Assembly (NCBI GenBank): GCA_050258735.1
Contig: JBLMZJ010000057.1
Location: 1-32,000, forward strand
From: Deltaproteobacteria bacterium
Lineage (GTDB): Bacteria > Bacillota > Syntrophomonadia > Syntrophomonadales > Syntrophomonadaceae
DNA length: 32,000 bases
Reading direction: 5' to 3'
The notes under the pieces were generated by a model. The model saw nothing but the letters and a program-made list of their open reading frames with translations, was not told where the DNA came from and did no database searches. Below are positions 27,348 through 32,000 of this stretch, one piece after another. The translations under genes and the position numbers were made by a program. Within the stretch, counting starts at the first letter, position 1, and the number at the start of each line of letters is the position of its first letter.

Positions 27348-27986
27348 TTAATTTGATCTTCCCTCCTGTCCTTTGATCATTTCTATGAAATGATGAAGGA
27401 TACGGGCCGTCAATCCCCAGATAACTTCACCTTCCCAGATATAGAAATACTGAGGCAGGATCCCCTGGCGGAACGGATAGTTCTTACCCTGAGGGATCAG
27501 TTCAAGCGGAAAGTCATCAGGAAAGCTTACCGACAAACTCATATGGTGTCTCAGGGGTTCATTCTCCATCAAATAACGAAGTGGTACACAGAATACTTTT
27601 TCCACCTCATCCGGGTTGGGGATCATGGTTTCAAGGTTATGGATGATAGCCAGGAAAGGTATGATAAGGATGCCAAACGGACTTACCATTATATCGAGCT
27701 CAGCCAGGACTTCCAGATCTTCCGGAGTCAGCCCCAGCTCCTCACAGGTCTCACGGATCGCGGTGTTCCTGGGCCCGCCGTCTTCAGGTTCACATCGTCC
27801 TCCCGGGAAACAGATCTCACCGGGTTGATTTGATAGGTTAATAGACCTTTTTTCAAAAAGAACCACAAATTCGTCACCCTGTTTGATCAACGGCAATATT
27901 ACCGCTGTTTTGAAGTGTCTCCTGTGATCCAGTATCTTGGCTGAACGTTTATGCAGGGAACGTATCTTTTCTTCCAGCTGGTCCAT
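27348..27986 (-). CDS. Nudix hydrolase, CoA pyrophosphatase (NudL-like) subgroup
   Basis: LFEKRSINLSNQPGEICFPGG, then Nudix box ...AIRETCEELGL. This upstream motif is characteristic of CoA-directed Nudix enzymes. Confidence 0.8.
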   Translation of the reverse strand: MDQLEEKIRSLHKRSAKILDHRRHFKTAVILPLIKQGDEFVVLFEKRSINLSNQPGEICFPGGRCEPEDGGPRNTAIRETCEELGLTPEDLEVLAELDIMVSPFGILIIPFLAIIHNLETMIPNPDEVEKVFCVPLRYLMENEPLRHHMSLSVSFPDDFPLELIPQGKNYPFRQGILPQYFYIWEGEVIWGLTARILHHFIEMIKGQEGRSN

Positions 27987-28193
27987 GTTAACACCTCGAG
28001 ATTCAGGATATTTTCAGATTTTACTATATCATCATAGTGTGACCACTTCAAGTGATCGGCCGGTACAAGCCCTCCAGGGACCAGAGTTCGGATTCTTTGG
28101 TGAAGAAGGGAGGATTTTTGTAGAAGGTTCCGAATTATTATTTAGAAACAAAGGAATAATGAACCAGAAGAAAAAATTAAAGGAGGCGGCACT

Positions 28194-28463
28194 ATGGATA
28201 TCATGGTCATTCTTATCGGGCATCGGGTGGAAAGTGCAGTGAAAGTCCAGAGTGTATTGACCGAGAACGGTGATATAATAAAGACTCGTCTGGGTATCAA
28301 CCGTGAATTGAATAATGATAACGATGCTTCCGGGTTCGTTTTCCTGGAGCTCTGCGGGGAGGAAAGACGCATCAGGGAGATGTGCGAAGAGATCAATACC
28401 CTGAATGACGTAAAGGCTGAATGTTTGAGGATGGATCTTCCGGGGTGTTCATGTCAAAGCTAG
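28194..28463 (+). CDS. Small ACT/NikR-C-like domain protein (resembles the TM1266-type putative iron-only hydrogenase system regulator family)
   Basis: 89 aa with a beta-alpha-beta-beta-alpha-beta pattern (IMVILIG / ESAVKVQSVLTENG / KTRLGI / GFVFLELCG / RRIREMCEEINTL / VKAECLRM). Strong ribosome-binding site AAAGGAGG. Family assignment is from recalled sequence pattern only. Confidence 0.45.
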   Translation: MDIMVILIGHRVESAVKVQSVLTENGDIIKTRLGINRELNNDNDASGFVFLELCGEERRIREMCEEINTLNDVKAECLRMDLPGCSCQS

Positions 28464-28558
28464 TTGTTCGATAGTGAGTCAAGGGGACGGTCTTCTGACT
28501 CATAATGAGTCCGGGAACCGTCCCGAATTATGTAATACTAGTTATGGGGGTGGAGTAA

Positions 28559-30496
28559 TTGAGTGAATTATCTCATCTCATGCAGACGATAAGGATCAAA
28601 TCTATGGAAGTGCCAAACCGGTTGGTAATGCCACCCATGGGTACTGGTCTGGCTCATCGGGATGGCACGGTCAGCCAAGCCAATTTGGCTTACCTGGAAC
28701 GGAGAGCCCGGGGAGGAGCCGGATTGATAATTACCGAGATCACCTCGGTACATCCGCGAGGCACAGCCGCTCCCGGAACGTTATGTGCCTATGACGATTT
28801 CTTCATTTCAGGTTTGGCCCAAATGGTTCAGGTCGTTCATGCCTGCGGAAGCAAGATCGCCATGCAGCTGCATCATGCCGGAAGGGAAAGTTTCTACCAA
28901 TTGCAAAAGGGTCAGGCCTTGGGGCCCTCGGCAGTACCCAGTTACGTATATGGTATGAAACCAAACGAGATGAATGAAGATGATATAAATGAGGTGATCC
29001 AGGCTTTCGGAAGCGCAGCGCTGAGGGCTAGGAAGGCGGGCTTTGACGCTGTTGAACTGCATGCGGCTCATGGCTATTTGCTCATGCAGTTTCTGTCCGC
29101 TCATTCCAATCACCGAACCGATAAATACGGCGGGGACCTGGGACAGCGTGCTCGCTTCGTTGTAGAGTGCCTGCAGGAAGTAAGGAAACAAGTCGGGCTA
29201 GATTTCCCGATATCACTCCGGATTTCCGGGGAGGAGATGATCAAGAACGGTTATGGCATCGAAGATATGGTACATATCGTCCCTCAATTCATTGAAGTCG
29301 GTGCTGATATATTACACGTTTCCTTTGGGACTCACGGTACTCCGGGCGGGATGACCTGTGCTCCGATTGAATATCAGCCGGGCTTCAAGATCGGCCTTGC
29401 CCGCCTTATCAAGGAGGCAATCGATGTGCCGGTGATCGGGGTGGGCAGATTTACCGACCCCGCCGCGGCGGATGAAGTAATTAAACGTGGGGATGCTGAC
29501 ATGATCGCGGTAGGTCGTCAGCACCTTTGTGATCCAGATTTTCTTGTCAACGCACTAAATGGCAGAAGCGGATCTACGCTTACCTGTCTTGCCTGTAATC
29601 AAGGCTGTATAGAGCGCCTGGCTTTTGAGCAGAAGAGTGTTCGTTGCGCCATCAATCCCGAGACTGGACAGGAACTTATCTACCCCCGGGAAGTGGCTTC
29701 CAATAAACGCCGGGTCTGGGTGATAGGCGGCGGCCCGGCCGGACTGACAGCAGCTTCTGAAGCGGCTCGGCTGGGCCATGAGGTGACCTTGTTCGAGAAG
29801 AGTGAACAGGTAGGCGGCCAGGTCCTGCTAGCTGCCCGGGCACCCTTCAAGGAACCCTATGGACGCTTCATTGAACAATTAGCAGCCCGTGCCCGGGAAA
29901 ACGGTGCCGTGATCAAAACCAGCTCTGAGGTGAAAGAAGCGGATTTCGATCCGCAGTCGGTTGATATGATCATACTGGCCAGTGGAGGCCAAAATATAAA
30001 ATTGGACTTGCCCGGAGCAGATCTTCCCCTGGTACGTGATGCATGGGAGTTGCTGAGGGGTGAAGTCCCGGTAGGCGACCAGGTGGTAGTGATCGGCGGA
30101 GGCCTCATCGGGATGGAGGCCGCTGATTATCTTTATGCTCACGGAGCCGGAGAGATAATGGTGATCGAAGCCCAGGCACAATCTCCGGTATCGACACTCA
30201 CTTCGCACGGCTATATGTTACATAAGCGTTTGCGTCAGGCAGGGTTCAGAATGGCTGCAGACACCATGGTCAAAGGAATTGAAAGCAATGCTGTAGTGAT
30301 CGAACGAGATGGCAAGGAAGAGAAAATACCCGTAGATCAGGTGGTAGTTGCTGCAGGTACCCGGCCGGTCAATAGTTTGAAGGCCACCGCGGAAGCCAGG
30401 GGTATAAACTGCACGGTGGTAGGCGATGCGGCAGTCACCCGCAGAATAATTGAAGCGGTTGAGGAAGGTGCCCGAGCCGCCTGGGAGATTTCCTGA
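28559..30496 (+). CDS. OYE-like FMN / [4Fe-4S] / FAD-NAD(P)H flavoprotein (2,4-dienoyl-CoA reductase / enoate reductase family)
   Basis: N-terminal TIM-barrel motifs (NRLVMPPM, ELHAAHGYLLMQFLS, R..D.YGG). Cluster motif CLACNQGC...C. Rossmann VWVIGGGPAGLTAASEAARLGHEVTLFEK. TTG start at 28559 after GGGGGTGGAG, with an alternative ATG at 28580. Confidence 0.85.
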   Translation: MSELSHLMQTIRIKSMEVPNRLVMPPMGTGLAHRDGTVSQANLAYLERRARGGAGLIITEITSVHPRGTAAPGTLCAYDDFFISGLAQMVQVVHACGSKIAMQLHHAGRESFYQLQKGQALGPSAVPSYVYGMKPNEMNEDDINEVIQAFGSAALRARKAGFDAVELHAAHGYLLMQFLSAHSNHRTDKYGGDLGQRARFVVECLQEVRKQVGLDFPISLRISGEEMIKNGYGIEDMVHIVPQFIEVGADILHVSFGTHGTPGGMTCAPIEYQPGFKIGLARLIKEAIDVPVIGVGRFTDPAAADEVIKRGDADMIAVGRQHLCDPDFLVNALNGRSGSTLTCLACNQGCIERLAFEQKSVRCAINPETGQELIYPREVASNKRRVWVIGGGPAGLTAASEAARLGHEVTLFEKSEQVGGQVLLAARAPFKEPYGRFIEQLAARARENGAVIKTSSEVKEADFDPQSVDMIILASGGQNIKLDLPGADLPLVRDAWELLRGEVPVGDQVVVIGGGLIGMEAADYLYAHGAGEIMVIEAQAQSPVSTLTSHGYMLHKRLRQAGFRMAADTMVKGIESNAVVIERDGKEEKIPVDQVVVAAGTRPVNSLKATAEARGINCTVVGDAAVTRRIIEAVEEGARAAWEIS

Positions 30497-30524
30497 ACAA
30501 GCCGCGTTTATAAAGGAGAAACCG

Positions 30525-31061
30525 GTGAAAGCACATGAAAAACGCCTGTTAAACAGGCTTTTCCCCGATATGTATGTTGAAACCATACTTGATGTTCCGC
30601 TTGATGAATTGATGGTAAGGGGTATAAAGGCTTTTATCATTGATCTGGATAATACCACGACACACTGGAACAGCAATTATCTGTCTACCGAAGTACAGGA
30701 ATGGTTTGCCCGTCTCAGGACACTGGAACTGAAAGCGTGTTTCCTTTCTAACAACGGGGAACAACGGGTTATGGCCGTGGCAGGCAGCCTGGATGTACCA
30801 TATGTATTTCGGGCCCAGAAGCCTCGCCGGGGCGGTTACCGGCAGGCTATGGAGGTCATGGGATCGGACATCGCTTCAACTGCGGTGATCGGAGACCAGA
30901 TCTATACTGATATTCTGGGAGGCAACCGTACAGGTCTGTTTACTATACTGGTCAAACCGATACATACTCGTGAATTTATGGGTACCAAGATATCACGTAT
31001 GTTCGAAAGACCAGTACTGTGGCGGATCCACCGCAAGCAGGACCGTTTAAAAAATGGGTGA
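30525..31061 (+). CDS. yqeG: YqeG-family HAD phosphatase
   Basis: FIIDLDNTT (HAD motif I), SNN, GDQIYTDILGGN. GTG start at 30525, 6 nt after AAAGGAG. The ORF-track start at 30450 would overlap the upstream gene by 47 nt. Confidence 0.85.
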   Translation: MKAHEKRLLNRLFPDMYVETILDVPLDELMVRGIKAFIIDLDNTTTHWNSNYLSTEVQEWFARLRTLELKACFLSNNGEQRVMAVAGSLDVPYVFRAQKPRRGGYRQAMEVMGSDIASTAVIGDQIYTDILGGNRTGLFTILVKPIHTREFMGTKISRMFERPVLWRIHRKQDRLKNG

Positions 31062-31068
31062 GAAAAGA

Positions 31069-31938
31069 ATGGAAATAAACACTGGAACAAAGGTATTGGG
31101 TTTGCTGGGCAATCCCCTTGGACATAGCCTATCACCTTTGATGCATAACGCAGTTTTCCTCAGCATGGGCTTAAACTGTGTCTATCTCCCTTTTCAGGTG
31201 CCTCAGGATCATTTAGCCGTAGCAGTGGCGGGAATTCGCGCATTGAACCTCACCGGGGTGAATGTTACTATTCCTTTCAAGGAGGCCGTGATCCCTTATC
31301 TGGATGAATTGTCCCCGACTGCAGAGGATTGTGGGGCAGTAAATGTAATCAAGAACGATAACGGCCGCCTGATAGGTCATAACACTGATGGCACAGGTTT
31401 TATCGCCGCCTTGCGGGAGGAGGCGGTAACGATCGAGGGAAGCCGGGTTTTATTTATTGGGGCGGGTGGTGCCGCACGGTCGCTGGCCATGGTCTTGGGT
31501 CAGGAGAGGGTGTCTCATATCGATTTCCTGGATACGGACTACGAACGCGCACGTTCCTTGTCAGAAATCGTAGGTGAAAAAGGCCATAGTACCGTGTTTG
31601 CTGCCTTGATGAATGAAGTGAGTTTCCGGGAGATCAGTGCCGGAGCTGACATTATCGTAAATTGTTCACCGGTGGGGATGTACCCTCATGTTGATCGGTC
31701 ACCGGTACTCGATCTTGAAATGCTGGATACCAGGACTGTTTTATGCGATATTATTTATAATCCGATAAAGACCAGGTTCCTGGAGATGGGCCAGGCAAAA
31801 GGATTAAAAATCATTAATGGTCTGGGTATGTTCGTAAATCAGGGGGCATTTACCCTGGATATCCTGCTGGGAATCGACTCGGACCGGGAATATATGAAAA
31901 GTATCCTTAAACAGCAACTGGGTAAGGGATCATGGTAG
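31069..31938 (+). CDS. aroE: Shikimate dehydrogenase AroE
   Basis: LGLLGNPLGHSLSPLMHN, NVTIPFK, NTDG, GAGGAARS motifs. Start is either 31054 or 31069. I preferred 31069 because GGGTGAG precedes it. Confidence 0.9.
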   Translation: MEINTGTKVLGLLGNPLGHSLSPLMHNAVFLSMGLNCVYLPFQVPQDHLAVAVAGIRALNLTGVNVTIPFKEAVIPYLDELSPTAEDCGAVNVIKNDNGRLIGHNTDGTGFIAALREEAVTIEGSRVLFIGAGGAARSLAMVLGQERVSHIDFLDTDYERARSLSEIVGEKGHSTVFAALMNEVSFREISAGADIIVNCSPVGMYPHVDRSPVLDLEMLDTRTVLCDIIYNPIKTRFLEMGQAKGLKIINGLGMFVNQGAFTLDILLGIDSDREYMKSILKQQLGKGSW

Positions 31939-32000
31939 TAACTGGAGGCCGGAACCAAAGAGGTTTTACATTGATTGAACTGATGACTTTCCTGGGTTTG
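31932..32000 (+). CDS. Type IV pilin/pseudopilin, N-terminal fragment (truncated by window end)
   Basis: ATG at 31932 overlaps the aroE stop (ATGGTAG). It translates to MVVTGGRNQRGFTLIELMTFLGL, the class III signal peptide with the prepilin-peptidase site G/FTLIELM. Confidence 0.7.
   Translation, partial: MVVTGGRNQRGFTLIELMTFLGL

Noticed and set aside
30450-30524. ORF-track start of yqeG at 30450, overlapping the flavoprotein gene by 47 nt
   Set aside because: No ribosome-binding site is present and the extra 25 aa are not homologous to YqeG N-termini. The GTG at 30525 has AAAGGAG at ideal spacing and aligns with the B. subtilis YqeG start.

Overview
The gene content (intact sporulation sigK, yqeG-aroE block, iscRSU, membrane pyrophosphatase, strong GGAGG ribosome-binding sites) indicates chromosomal DNA from an anaerobic, spore-forming Firmicute (Clostridia-like). 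About 34 protein genes are supportable. I found no rRNA or tRNA genes and no CRISPR array. The most notable locus is a compact arsR-hgcA-hgcB mercury-methylation module at about 14.0-15.9 kb. HgcA carries the diagnostic NVWCAAGKG cap-helix motif and a C-terminal membrane domain. HgcB is a 2x[4Fe-4S] ferredoxin ending in CC. This module sits inside an unusually dense run of sulfur, cysteine and Fe-S trafficking genes: cysK, fdhD-nifS, nadA, iscR-iscS-iscU, metY-metA and a MOSC protein. The window also holds mnmA, a LarE-like PP-loop ATPase and tcdA, plus a copA-copZ copper efflux pair. Other items worth a second look are a DUF896 protein with an extreme His/Cys-rich tail, a 256-bp intergenic element bounded by inverted repeats (MITE-like), a nested 65-bp inverted repeat after nadA, several long or structured leaders that match no riboswitch class by eye, and an orphan LarE-like/methyltransferase/nitroreductase set downstream of mnmA. 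Functional calls rest on motifs read from the supplied translations. No database searches were run.
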